From: Promethearchaeota archaeon
GTDB lineage: Archaea > Asgardarchaeota > Lokiarchaeia > Sigyniarchaeales > SOKP01
DNA length: 64,000 bases
Direction of reading: 5' to 3'
NCBI GenBank assembly: GCA_008080735.1
Contig: SHMW01000004.1
Span: 1 to 64,000 of the forward strand
Each line of letters opens with the position of its first letter. Position 1 is the first letter of the stretch. Positions 1 to 9,644 of the stretch are shown piece after piece. The notes under the pieces were generated by a model. The model did not search any database, had not been told where the DNA came from, and was given only the letters and a program-made list of their open reading frames with translations. The position numbers were made by a program, and so were the translations under genes.

Positions 1-2
1 AA

Positions 3-149
3 ATCATCGAGATTCTCTATCCTTCCCAAGGACAAATGATGTATGGAGTAGCACGGGGCTGGGTGGTGCTCACCTTACAAATGTTAGTCGAAAAAGGGAG
101 GATCAAATACATAATTGAGAAAGAAGGAGTAAAATTTTATCCGACCTAG
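3..149 (+). CDS. 3' end of a gene running in from the left edge; possibly the C-terminal winged-helix of an MBL-fold hydrolase
   Basis: Open frame IIEILYPSQGQMMYGVARGWVVLTLQMLVEKGRIKYIIEKEGVKFYPT ending at TAG 147-149; family call is tentative. Confidence 0.6.
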   Translation: MIEILYPSQGQMMYGVARGWVVLTLQMLVEKGRIKYIIEKEGVKFYPT

Positions 150-288
150 GCTTTATTCCTGGCTGGAAGGATGCTTATCTAATATAAATGTTTCCGAGAC
201 TTTGCTTACAAAATGTAAGCTCAAAATATAAATCAGTAGTGTTCCTTCAATAACTTGGATGCGATATCATATTATCTCAACTCTTTTT

Positions 289-352
289 CCATAACTCGCG
301 TAAAATGTATGAGTCTGTTTCTCATCAACCTTAATTTTACGCGTAGTTATGG
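289..352 (+). terminator. Long imperfect inverted repeat followed by a T6 tract, between convergent genes
   Basis: CCATAACTCGCGTAAAAT (289-306) pairs with ATTTTACGCGTAGTTATGG (334-352, one bulged T); inner ATGAG/CTCAT; TTTTTT at 353-358. Confidence 0.5.
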
Positions 353-421
353 TTTTTTCTTAAAAAATAGATATAGGAAAAAATAAAAAAAAAATTAAAG
401 AGCAATAGATTATAATTTGGC

Positions 422-1849
422 TTATTTTTCTAATTTTTTTAAGTATTCTTCTTCTTTTTTTTGATGTATCTCATGTAATTCTTCCTTTTTACTTTTCCAT
501 TCAGAACCAGCAAGAGGATAGAAATACATAATAGCTGCGGAAATTAATATTAATATGGCAGGAATAAGTGTAAAGGCAATCATTATCCCAATTTCCGCAG
601 ATTCGGGTTGACTTGCTTCTGGCTCATTAATGAATCCAAATGCACCAATTATAGTTAAAAATAACCAAGGTGCGATTGAATTAGTAGGTTTCGTAATAAG
701 AGCATTCATACCTGCGTAGCTTGTTTCTCTTCGTTTTCCTGTTAGTATCTCATCATTATCTATAATGTCTGCCATAATCATTTGATTAGTAAGGAAATAT
801 CCGCTAAGACCTGCTCCCATTAAAATCATAGCGACTATAGCAGGTGCAAAATTCCAACCTATAATAAATCCAATTATGAATGCTGCGCTTGTAAACAGTA
901 GACAAAATATAAATGTTTTTTTTAATCCCCAGATTTTCACCATTTTACTATATACAGGAAAAAATAGAAACACCATTAAAAAAAATAAGATTAACGGGAC
1001 CATCGCCATAATTCCTTTTAGATCTAAAACGAAATCAACGTAATAGAGAACTCCATTTGTTAATATAAATTGAGCAGTCAAAAATATAAAATTTGAAATC
1101 TCAAAAATCACAAAAGGCTTATTTTTAAATGTTTCAATTATGCTCTCCTTAAAATTTAATGGTTCTTCCATCATTGCATATTTGTTTTCCTTAATATAGT
1201 AGCTACTAACAAACATGATAATTCCTCCAATAATTCCAAATATAATCATAGTGATTCGAAAAATTGGAATTAAAGGATCAACCTCTAAAGGTTCATCACC
1301 AGTTAGTAATATTGCTGGAATTACAAATGATAATAACATTGAGAACGCACTACCTATAGCTCCAAATACCATAAGATTTGATCTGGATTCTTGAGTAATT
1401 GCCATCTCAGCAGGTAAGGAATATGATATTAATCCTATCATGGTGTATAATGTATCAAATGTATATAACATAAATAAAAGATTGAAAAAAAGTGCCAATT
1501 GACTTCCCACGAAGATAGGAAACCAGCTTAAAATGAATAGAAAAGAATATAATGGCGCACCAAATCTTATATATGGTATTCTTCTTCCATATTTTTCAAG
1601 TTTTGTGCGATCTTGAAAAAATCCTAATAATGGATCGTTTATAGCATTCCAAGCAATGAAAATTAACCACGCAAGTCCTGTAAAAGATTCTGCTAATCCT
1701 AATTTTACATTATAGAAATACGTAAAGGATGTAGCTATAACGAGACTAGAAAAAAACCCGCTAGTGAAAGAAATTCCTCCAAATGCTAATTTTGAACTTG
1801 TTGGAATTTCTTCTTCAAAAATCTTTCCTTTAATTGAATCTTCTGACAT
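422..1849 (-). CDS. MFS transporter, GPH (Na+/melibiose symporter-like) family
   Basis: About 12 hydrophobic helices; WNAINDPLLG..DRT..YGRRIPY and ADIIDNDE..TGKRRE motifs. Confidence 0.9.
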   Translation of the reverse strand: MSEDSIKGKIFEEEIPTSSKLAFGGISFTSGFFSSLVIATSFTYFYNVKLGLAESFTGLAWLIFIAWNAINDPLLGFFQDRTKLEKYGRRIPYIRFGAPLYSFLFILSWFPIFVGSQLALFFNLLFMLYTFDTLYTMIGLISYSLPAEMAITQESRSNLMVFGAIGSAFSMLLSFVIPAILLTGDEPLEVDPLIPIFRITMIIFGIIGGIIMFVSSYYIKENKYAMMEEPLNFKESIIETFKNKPFVIFEISNFIFLTAQFILTNGVLYYVDFVLDLKGIMAMVPLILFFLMVFLFFPVYSKMVKIWGLKKTFIFCLLFTSAAFIIGFIIGWNFAPAIVAMILMGAGLSGYFLTNQMIMADIIDNDEILTGKRRETSYAGMNALITKPTNSIAPWLFLTIIGAFGFINEPEASQPESAEIGIMIAFTLIPAILILISAAIMYFYPLAGSEWKSKKEELHEIHQKKEEEYLKKLEK

Positions 1850-1982
1850 AATATAAAACAGTCTTATAATTTTTTGTTAAGATTTTATTAAAATTGTTTA
1901 ATATGTAGAATTGGCTATAATAAAATAAAAATCTTTCACAGTTGTCCTATTTATAAGAGAACATTCCCTAATTTTTACAAAT

Positions 1983-4148
1983 ATGGTGACAAATATCGAT
2001 GAGTTTTCGGAATATTTCGAAGATGAGTTCATAAAAGACAAGAAGATCCACTTTCGTAAATATCAAAACAATATTGTAAAAAGATGTGGGGACCGGAATT
2101 CTTTAGTGGTTCTCCCCACGGGACTAGGGAAAACTATTATTGGGGTATTGCTTATAGCGCATCGTTTTAAAAAATATCCAAGACACGGAAAAGTTCTCAT
2201 CTTGGCCCCAACGCGACCATTAGTTGCGCAACATCTTGAATCATGTGAGAAATTTATCGATATAGATGAAAATAAAATTAATTCATTTACGGGCAAGATC
2301 CCTCCCGAGAAAAGGCTGCTTTTATTCAATAAATCGCAAATTATTATATCGACACCTCAAGTAATCAAAAATGATGTGATGAGGGGCCGTTATGATTTAG
2401 GAAGTGTCTCATTGATAATCTTTGATGAAGCTCACCGTACTAAGGGAAATTACGCCTATAACTTTCTTTCTAAGGAGTATATGAAATCCTGCTCCGATCC
2501 GTTAATCTTAGGACTCACAGCGTCTCCCGGGAAGAATTACGAGACTATTCAAGAGCTTTGTGACAATTTATTTATCGAGAACGTGATCTTTCGAACGTAT
2601 GAAGATGAGGATGTAAGCGAATATATACATGATATTGATATCTTTCTTAAACAGGTTGATCTCCCAATTAAAGTGTTAGAACTAAGCCAGATCATCGAAA
2701 GTCTCTTTGAGAGATTTTTACGATTCTTCATCGAACGGGACCTAATTCAACCACATAAGAGATATTATTCTAAACTAGATTTTTTAAGGATCGCCCAAGA
2801 TTTAACCATTACTTTAAAATACGGTGATTTAATTGAAGAAAGCAGATATGACGGCAGTTTTGGGCAATTAACTTTCACATCCCCAAAAATTATAGACATT
2901 GTCAGAGAAAAACAATTAAATATTCATTCGATCTTCTCCTACTGCTCCAGTTGTATCTCCTTACTCCATGCAAAAGAACTATTAGAAACTCAAGACATTC
3001 GATTATTTATTAATTTTCTCGAACGATTAAAATACAAATCTGACCAAGATAATTTATCAGCTAAACGCATAACCCATTCGGATCACTTTCAATTGATTGA
3101 TTCCCTAGTTGAGCAAGTTGGTTTAGATGAGTTATCCCATCCAAAAATAGATAAGGTTTTAAGTCTCCTTCATGAGGAGATTGATGAATATGATAATGGG
3201 AAAATACTCATTTTTACTCAATATAGAGAAATGGCGGATTTTTTAAAGGATAAAATCAATTTTGTGTTTAAAGGGAAAATCTCCGCAGAAAAATTCATTG
3301 GACAAACATCTAAAATGGATGATAAAGGTTTTACTCAAATAAAACAGATTAATATTTTGCACCAATTTAGGAGAGGTGAAATTAATGTGTTAACAGCAAC
3401 TAGCGTGGCAGAAGAAGGGTTAGATATTCCTAATGTAGATGCTATAATATTTTATGAGCCCGTTGCATCCGAAATACGTCTAATCCAGAGGAGGGGAAGA
3501 ACAGGACGGCATTCGAGTGGAAGATGTTATATTTTAATCACAAATGATACCTTAGATTCTCCATTTTTTAGAGTTTCTAAACGTAAAGAAGAGACAATGA
3601 ACTCGGTGCTACGTGGAGATGGACAAAATCTCGATTTAGCTGGAAATATCAGTCGTTCAAATATTGATTTTAAATCACACTCAAAAGGTCTGTCAGATTT
3701 TGAAGTTATTAAAAACTTTAGAAATAGACGAGAACGAGAAAAAGAGCTTTTAGCAAATCGATCAATTGAGGAAATTTGCGAGGATTTTGATAAGTTCTCT
3801 CAATCTGAAAAATATCAAGAGTTAAAAAATTGCGGTGTGAGCTTTTTTTCTGATGTCGCCAATATTAATAAAACAAAAATAAAGCAAAGAGTCTTAAAAA
3901 TGAAAGGAAAAACACAAAAAAAAGAATACAAAAAAAGAAAACAATATATTAACAACAATGTCAAAACCTTAATCCGATTGGTTGAGACATATAATGAAAA
4001 TGATCGGATTGCAATAGAAAAATTACAAGAATTAGCAGAATTTGAAGAGATTGAGGGAAAGAAATTTTATATTCATCTCAATAGAGCATGTTATTTAGGG
4101 TATCTTAAAAGGGGAAATGATTTTATTACTCTTCTTAAAGAGCTATAA
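1983..4148 (+). CDS. hef: Hef/FANCM/Mph1-like SF2 helicase, no recognisable C-terminal ERCC4 nuclease
   Basis: LPTGLGKT, APTRPLV, DEAH, LTASPG, TSVAEEGLDIP, QRRGRTGR motifs. Confidence 0.9.
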   Translation: MVTNIDEFSEYFEDEFIKDKKIHFRKYQNNIVKRCGDRNSLVVLPTGLGKTIIGVLLIAHRFKKYPRHGKVLILAPTRPLVAQHLESCEKFIDIDENKINSFTGKIPPEKRLLLFNKSQIIISTPQVIKNDVMRGRYDLGSVSLIIFDEAHRTKGNYAYNFLSKEYMKSCSDPLILGLTASPGKNYETIQELCDNLFIENVIFRTYEDEDVSEYIHDIDIFLKQVDLPIKVLELSQIIESLFERFLRFFIERDLIQPHKRYYSKLDFLRIAQDLTITLKYGDLIEESRYDGSFGQLTFTSPKIIDIVREKQLNIHSIFSYCSSCISLLHAKELLETQDIRLFINFLERLKYKSDQDNLSAKRITHSDHFQLIDSLVEQVGLDELSHPKIDKVLSLLHEEIDEYDNGKILIFTQYREMADFLKDKINFVFKGKISAEKFIGQTSKMDDKGFTQIKQINILHQFRRGEINVLTATSVAEEGLDIPNVDAIIFYEPVASEIRLIQRRGRTGRHSSGRCYILITNDTLDSPFFRVSKRKEETMNSVLRGDGQNLDLAGNISRSNIDFKSHSKGLSDFEVIKNFRNRREREKELLANRSIEEICEDFDKFSQSEKYQELKNCGVSFFSDVANINKTKIKQRVLKMKGKTQKKEYKKRKQYINNNVKTLIRLVETYNENDRIAIEKLQELAEFEEIEGKKFYIHLNRACYLGYLKRGNDFITLLKEL

Positions 4149-4157
4149 TTATCCCCA

Positions 4158-7100
4158 TCAAATTTCGATATCTTCTTCTTCTTTTCGTTTTTTAAACAGA
4201 AAATACATCAATCCCAGAATTATAAATGTTGGGATTATCAGGACGAAGAGGTTGAATCCACTTAATAATAGTAGATAATAACTAAGTGTAAGCATGGATG
4301 CAAAAAATGCTATAATGGAGCTATAATGGCTAGTAAAATTCTTTAAACGATTCAAAAATCGATAAAGCTTATAATTCATAGATTTTATGACCTGAAGCTC
4401 CTTTTCATCTATTTTTTCTAGCACATCGGGGTCTTCGTAATAAATACTTATACGCGGATCATACTTTCCTTCCAGCTCACCAGCGCTTATCAAGGTCAGC
4501 ATATGGTCTTGAATATTTTGTTTTTTGATCTTCAATTCTTTATGCAAAAACGAAATTGTCAGAAATCGATTTGAGACAGCTTCAATTGCCATTTCGATGA
4601 AGTTTTTGAGAATTAAACGTTCAAGAGATTTTACTTTTTCGGTTAAAATCGAATCGTAATCATCCAAATATTTATTGAAATCATCTAAAATGTATTTATT
4701 CTTTGTCTCGAAATCATTAGCTTTCCTTCCAAATTCTCTAACCATTCCTATAACATTATTGTTTATTTCATTAACATTTTCTCCGATTTTCTCTGCTCTC
4801 TTATCTATTCTAGAATAGGCCCTTTTGAATTCTTTAATTTCGATGTAGTCTTCCACTCGAGATTGAAGCATACCTAATAATTGACTCAACTTAATTTTGC
4901 AATTGCTGATATATTGCATTAACTGCCCCCGAAAGAGTTCATTTCTTCTAATCAGAATTTTCTGATTAATATTTTTAATAGTTTTATTGTAGTTTTCTAG
5001 AAATTTATTTTTCTTTTTAACGAAATATTCTCGTAATTCTGGGGTTAGTTTTCTCGTTTCTTCTTTTTCTTCCAATTCCTTTTGCAGTTCCTCTTCAATA
5101 TCATTCTGAACATCCAAGATATAATCCTCAAATTCCGCTTTTTTCCGCTCAAAATTTTCCCTTATTCGTTCATAGGATTCCGTTTCTTCTAATAATTCAT
5201 TGAGTTTTGATAATTCTTGTTCAATTTCGACAGCTAAGGAGTTATAATTCTTCTCAATCGTATTCTGGAGTTTTCTGAATAAGTCCAAACTAATTTTTAT
5301 CTTTTTCAGAGCAACTTTGGATTCTTGGATAATATTATTAAAATATTCTTCAGTCTCTTTATAGTCTTTTCTACTATTCAAATCGATATTTAATTCTTTT
5401 ATTTTTTGTTCAAATCGCTCTCGCAGTAAGATCTCAAAATTTTCTAATTCTTCCAAACGATTACTTAATTCTACTATGTTGACACCAAGTGTTCTATTTT
5501 TTATACATGAATCATAGAGACTTAGTGTTTTACTAATGGTTTCATTATTATAGCGAATTATTTTATTGTTGATAAAACTCCTGAGTTCTTTGTTTTTATA
5601 ATAGGAATCGGTATATACTAGAATCTTTTTCTCGTTTTCATGAAGTTCTCCGTTGAACTTCGAGAATTCAATCATTTCTTTGATTCGAGTCTTAATCTCC
5701 TTGCATTTAATATTTAACTTTTTTGAAAGGTTTTTTACATCAATTTGATTGGTACCGGTTTTTTCTGAGAGATATTGAACATTTACAGCAATAATTTTAT
5801 TGGTGTATTCTTCTTTGAGGTTTTTAATCTCATTCCTAAGATATTCATTGAATTTCTCCCATTGCATAATAGTTAATTTCGATTTTTCTTCAAAATCTTC
5901 TATGAGGTCATCGTTCTCCTCGTAAAGATCTGTATAATCTTCATTTAAATCTTCGAAAAATTCTAAAATTTCTTCGAATTTTTCATTCAAATCCTTAATA
6001 CTAAGTTTTTGAAGATATTCCTTCTTATCGAGCTTTTGCTTATAATCGACTAGTTTCTTTCTGCATTCTTGGATATTATCTGATATAAGCGTATCAAATT
6101 TCTCGATTTTTGCCCGATTTCTCTCTTTAATAACTTTCTCTTTTAAATTATGATTTTTTTCAGCAACTATTTCTATGATATTTTCCTCTAATTTATCAAG
6201 CCTCTCTTGAAGATATTGAAATAAAACATATAGTTTCTGTTTTTCTTTTATTTTCCTCTTTACATTTTTATGGAGTTTTTTAATCTCATCAAGTTTTTTA
6301 TCTAAAATAATATCCAATTCATCTTTTATCAAATCAAACGCAGCTTTAAAATCGCTTTCATTTACTTTAAGTTTAGCTTTCTTATCGATGGCGGAAATTT
6401 GCTCTGTTAAATCATTACGCAGCTCCTCTATTTTTCCCATTGTAGCTTTAAAATAGTCCAAACCTTCAGAATAATATAGAAATATTTTCTCTAATTCTTC
6501 CTTGATGCCAACCCAATAAGCGATGAGTTGTTTATGCTTTTTTTTTAGCCTTTCTTCTTTAGATGTTATTTTTTGAGATATGTTATAGACAACCTTATCA
6601 AATTTTTCCATATTAGAAGTTATTTTATTAAATTCTTCGACAATCAAAGTGAAATCTTCATCACTATATCCGTCCTCGAGTGTTTCACCCATAAACTTTC
6701 TAAAGTGATTTATTTCCTTATTAAAATAACTATCTAAATTCTTAAGGCGATTATCAAGCTCCTCTAAAATATTATCGAATTTCCTAATTTCCTCCTTTTC
6801 AGAAATTTTCTCTTTTAGCTGAGAATTAATTTCATTTAATTTCTGACTTAAAATGGAATAAAGATGATTCCATCTGTTAATTTCTGTACCTAATGTGGCT
6901 TTCAAGTTAAGATAATACAAATCTTCATTAAAGGAATTTTCTATGTTTTCGTTCAGAAAATCGGCTTCCATGAGCGCATTTCTAACTATAAAACTCAAGC
7001 GTTCTTTAGCTATTTCTATTTCATTGATATACAAATAACTCTCAATTTCTTCTCTTATCTGTTTAGTGATATTCTTTAATTTTAGTGTCATATTGTAAAT

Positions 7101-8588
7101 ATCGTTTTTAATTTCCCGTAGTATCTTTTTCTCCTCAAAAAGTCGTTCGCTGTTTATTTTTGTGTCAGATACAATAATATTTTCTAAGAAAAAATCCAAG
7201 TAAAAGTAATATTTCGTGAAGAAGAGCATTTTTTTTTTGGTTTTGACCTCTCCATGGAAAAAATGCTGCGCTTTCATATCATCTATTAAATTCTTGAACT
7301 CCCCAATCTTAATTTGACTGTTGGGATATTTTGTATTGAATTTATCCATGATTTCAGATAACGAAATAACACTTTTATTTGAAAGCTGTTCATAAAGCTC
7401 TGAGGCCAAAATCTTTTCGCTGGGAGTTAAATTCCGTAAAAAGTTTTTAAATTCTATATTATTATTCAGAATTTTAAGATTGAATGTATAATTCAAATTA
7501 ATATAAGAGACTATTTCTTCTACCACATTACTAAGTCCAAATAAACTTTTTAATTGTTTTACCTCTATATAACCATTCTTTTCAATTTCTTTGAATAAAG
7601 TTCTTTCAATTTCTTCGATAAATTTGTTCCATATAATGGATAATATGATGATCAATTTGGAAATTTCAATGAGAGAGTTCAATTCCCATGTTGATTCATT
7701 TACAAGTATTTGATTAAGTTTTAAATTAATAAATGAATAAATTCCAGAAGGATTATAATCTAAAAGCCAAGAATAGTTTTCCAAGGTATAACTTACCCAG
7801 AATGTCGTATTAATATTTCCTTTCTTTTCTTTGAAGCTATACCCTCCATCATTTTGTTGATATTCATGTAAAAATTGAATATGTTCCTCTTTTACTCGAA
7901 GTTCTAAATCTAAAATTTTTTGAGATAATAATTTGAACACTATATCGGGTTTTTCTTTCAGATCATCAAGATATGCGTCGAATTTTGATTTATGATTTCT
8001 TACATCAACCCCTAACAATAATAATAATTCCAATACGAAATATAGTGTTCTTGACGGTGAAGTACGTTTACATATTTCACAATTTTTATCCAAACAATGA
8101 ATGAATTCATCATCTTTATCATGAGCGTTAATAAATTCCTTTAATTCTGTTAACACTACGCTCTCTCCCTTTGATTTCAGATAAATGCCAAGAGTTTCCA
8201 TCATCTTCAAACTTGATAATGCATAATAAGTTGACCATATATCTGGTTTGTTTTGCTGAGTATAGGGGGAGCTGAGAAAGCCCAGCATTCCATCTTTTTC
8301 AATTTCACATTGCTCGATGTAATTTATGATATGTTCTTTTAACTCGTCCCTTAGTTCTTCTCTGAGGTATTTATTAAGCAGTAAAAACCAAAAAATGTGT
8401 CTAAGGGACAGATCTTTGAAATCAAATATACTTTTCTTATAGAAATCAAGAAATTGAATCATTTTATCGTATTGGCTGAAGTAAAATGAGCCGATACTTT
8501 GCTTTCCAACTTGAACAAATGATTTGAATGGTTCTTTTTTGAAGACGGTAATGTAAGGATACGCGTTATCCTTGGTCGTGAGGGTCAT
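4158..8588 (-). CDS. 1476-aa protein: N-terminal prenyltransferase/squalene-oxidase-type repeats, long coiled coils, several winged-helix/PCI-like modules, two C-terminal TM helices
   Basis: QQNDGGYS..INTTFWV and PDIWSTYYALSSL repeats; K/E-rich heptads; LTISFLHKELKIKKQNIQDHMLTLISAGELEGKYD; hydrophobic tail. Confidence 0.75.
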   Translation of the reverse strand: MTLTTKDNAYPYITVFKKEPFKSFVQVGKQSIGSFYFSQYDKMIQFLDFYKKSIFDFKDLSLRHIFWFLLLNKYLREELRDELKEHIINYIEQCEIEKDGMLGFLSSPYTQQNKPDIWSTYYALSSLKMMETLGIYLKSKGESVVLTELKEFINAHDKDDEFIHCLDKNCEICKRTSPSRTLYFVLELLLLLGVDVRNHKSKFDAYLDDLKEKPDIVFKLLSQKILDLELRVKEEHIQFLHEYQQNDGGYSFKEKKGNINTTFWVSYTLENYSWLLDYNPSGIYSFINLKLNQILVNESTWELNSLIEISKLIIILSIIWNKFIEEIERTLFKEIEKNGYIEVKQLKSLFGLSNVVEEIVSYINLNYTFNLKILNNNIEFKNFLRNLTPSEKILASELYEQLSNKSVISLSEIMDKFNTKYPNSQIKIGEFKNLIDDMKAQHFFHGEVKTKKKMLFFTKYYFYLDFFLENIIVSDTKINSERLFEEKKILREIKNDIYNMTLKLKNITKQIREEIESYLYINEIEIAKERLSFIVRNALMEADFLNENIENSFNEDLYYLNLKATLGTEINRWNHLYSILSQKLNEINSQLKEKISEKEEIRKFDNILEELDNRLKNLDSYFNKEINHFRKFMGETLEDGYSDEDFTLIVEEFNKITSNMEKFDKVVYNISQKITSKEERLKKKHKQLIAYWVGIKEELEKIFLYYSEGLDYFKATMGKIEELRNDLTEQISAIDKKAKLKVNESDFKAAFDLIKDELDIILDKKLDEIKKLHKNVKRKIKEKQKLYVLFQYLQERLDKLEENIIEIVAEKNHNLKEKVIKERNRAKIEKFDTLISDNIQECRKKLVDYKQKLDKKEYLQKLSIKDLNEKFEEILEFFEDLNEDYTDLYEENDDLIEDFEEKSKLTIMQWEKFNEYLRNEIKNLKEEYTNKIIAVNVQYLSEKTGTNQIDVKNLSKKLNIKCKEIKTRIKEMIEFSKFNGELHENEKKILVYTDSYYKNKELRSFINNKIIRYNNETISKTLSLYDSCIKNRTLGVNIVELSNRLEELENFEILLRERFEQKIKELNIDLNSRKDYKETEEYFNNIIQESKVALKKIKISLDLFRKLQNTIEKNYNSLAVEIEQELSKLNELLEETESYERIRENFERKKAEFEDYILDVQNDIEEELQKELEEKEETRKLTPELREYFVKKKNKFLENYNKTIKNINQKILIRRNELFRGQLMQYISNCKIKLSQLLGMLQSRVEDYIEIKEFKRAYSRIDKRAEKIGENVNEINNNVIGMVREFGRKANDFETKNKYILDDFNKYLDDYDSILTEKVKSLERLILKNFIEMAIEAVSNRFLTISFLHKELKIKKQNIQDHMLTLISAGELEGKYDPRISIYYEDPDVLEKIDEKELQVIKSMNYKLYRFLNRLKNFTSHYSSIIAFFASMLTLSYYLLLLSGFNLFVLIIPTFIILGLMYFLFKKRKEEEDIEI

Positions 8589-8686
8589 TAGTTTCTCAAT
8601 ATCAATAAGACTTTTGTTATTAATACAAATTCATATTAATATTTTTATTGGAAATATAAATTAACGTAAAAATTCTCAATTTGTAT

Positions 8687-9412
8687 TTAATCTACAGTAA
8701 TAGAAATGTCAACATAGGATTCTTCCTTCTCATGAGAGATATTTATCTTTTCTACATTACAGTTAATATTTCGGTTAAACAAACAAGAGAATTGTTGTTC
8801 TATGATTCCTGCTATGATGTAGAAATGGTATATAAAATCTTCGGAGTCTCTAATAAATTCTGAATTTGTAAATCTGTACACTGCTTTTTTACCTGAATTC
8901 TGAATTATTGGTTCAGATATTTTAATGTTCGGTTGCATTAAATCAAAGGAAGGATAAAACTTCCTGAAAGCTTCAAAATAAAGTTTAATGATGGGATTTC
9001 CGCGTATGCCTTCTAATTGCTTTTTAGATTTTTCGCTTTGATCGAAATCAATATATTTCACACTATCTCTGCCAATTTGCTTTAATTTTTCTTTTTCATC
9101 GGAATAATGGTTTTTTATACCCGCAATTATTGCTTTGTAATAAGAAAGAGCGATACGTTTTGGAAAAAAGGCTTGTTTTTTACTGAAGTATAAATTATAT
9201 GCCCCTACTTTTTTCTTATAAATCTCATCTTTATCTTCTAAGATTGAAATATATTTTGATACGGTGTTTCTTGAGAATCCAGTCCCTTTGGCGATATCGG
9301 TCTTAGTTAAACCGCTGGGGTTATTCATTAAGTACTCAAGTATCTCCTTTTTGTAATCGATGCCGTGCTTTTTTCTATTAATTTTTATTACACCCGAACT
9401 GTTAAAACGCAA
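8687..9412 (-). CDS. Winged-HTH transcriptional regulator with a V4R-like C-terminal domain
   Basis: GLTKTDIAKGTGFSRNTVSKYISILE HTH; C-terminal HFYIIAGIIEQ..CNVEKI; TTG start uncertain. Confidence 0.75.
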   Translation of the reverse strand: MRFNSSGVIKINRKKHGIDYKKEILEYLMNNPSGLTKTDIAKGTGFSRNTVSKYISILEDKDEIYKKKVGAYNLYFSKKQAFFPKRIALSYYKAIIAGIKNHYSDEKEKLKQIGRDSVKYIDFDQSEKSKKQLEGIRGNPIIKLYFEAFRKFYPSFDLMQPNIKISEPIIQNSGKKAVYRFTNSEFIRDSEDFIYHFYIIAGIIEQQFSCLFNRNINCNVEKINISHEKEESYVDISITVD

Positions 9413-9447
9413 TAATTTGTTTATATCCGAATTTTGTTAGAATTTAA

Positions 9448-9470
9448 TGATCTCACTTTGTTTGAGATCA
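9448..9470. promoter_or_regulatory. Perfect 8-7-8 inverted repeat, candidate operator between the divergent wHTH and MFS genes
   Basis: TGATCTCA-CTTTGTT-TGAGATCA. Confidence 0.5.
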
Positions 9471-9644
9471 GCTATTCTCTATATTATCTTAATTGCCATA
9501 AAGGTTAAAAAACTTTTTTCAATTTTAGACTGAGAAACTACCTGTCTCTTATCAAAGATGGTAAAATCATTTATTTGTAGTTAAATTCCAATTCGACGTA
9601 GAGAAAGAAATACTATTATATACTTTAAGAAATAAGTAAGATAT

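Noticed and set aside
272-280. TTATCTCAA in the first intergenic region
   Set aside because: No flanking stem; likely chance in AT-rich DNA.
7912-7936. TTATCTCAA motif with a weak AT stem in the giant protein gene
   Set aside because: Stem is interrupted and AT-only, no bulge-helix geometry is evident, and the encoded residues fit the repeat domain.
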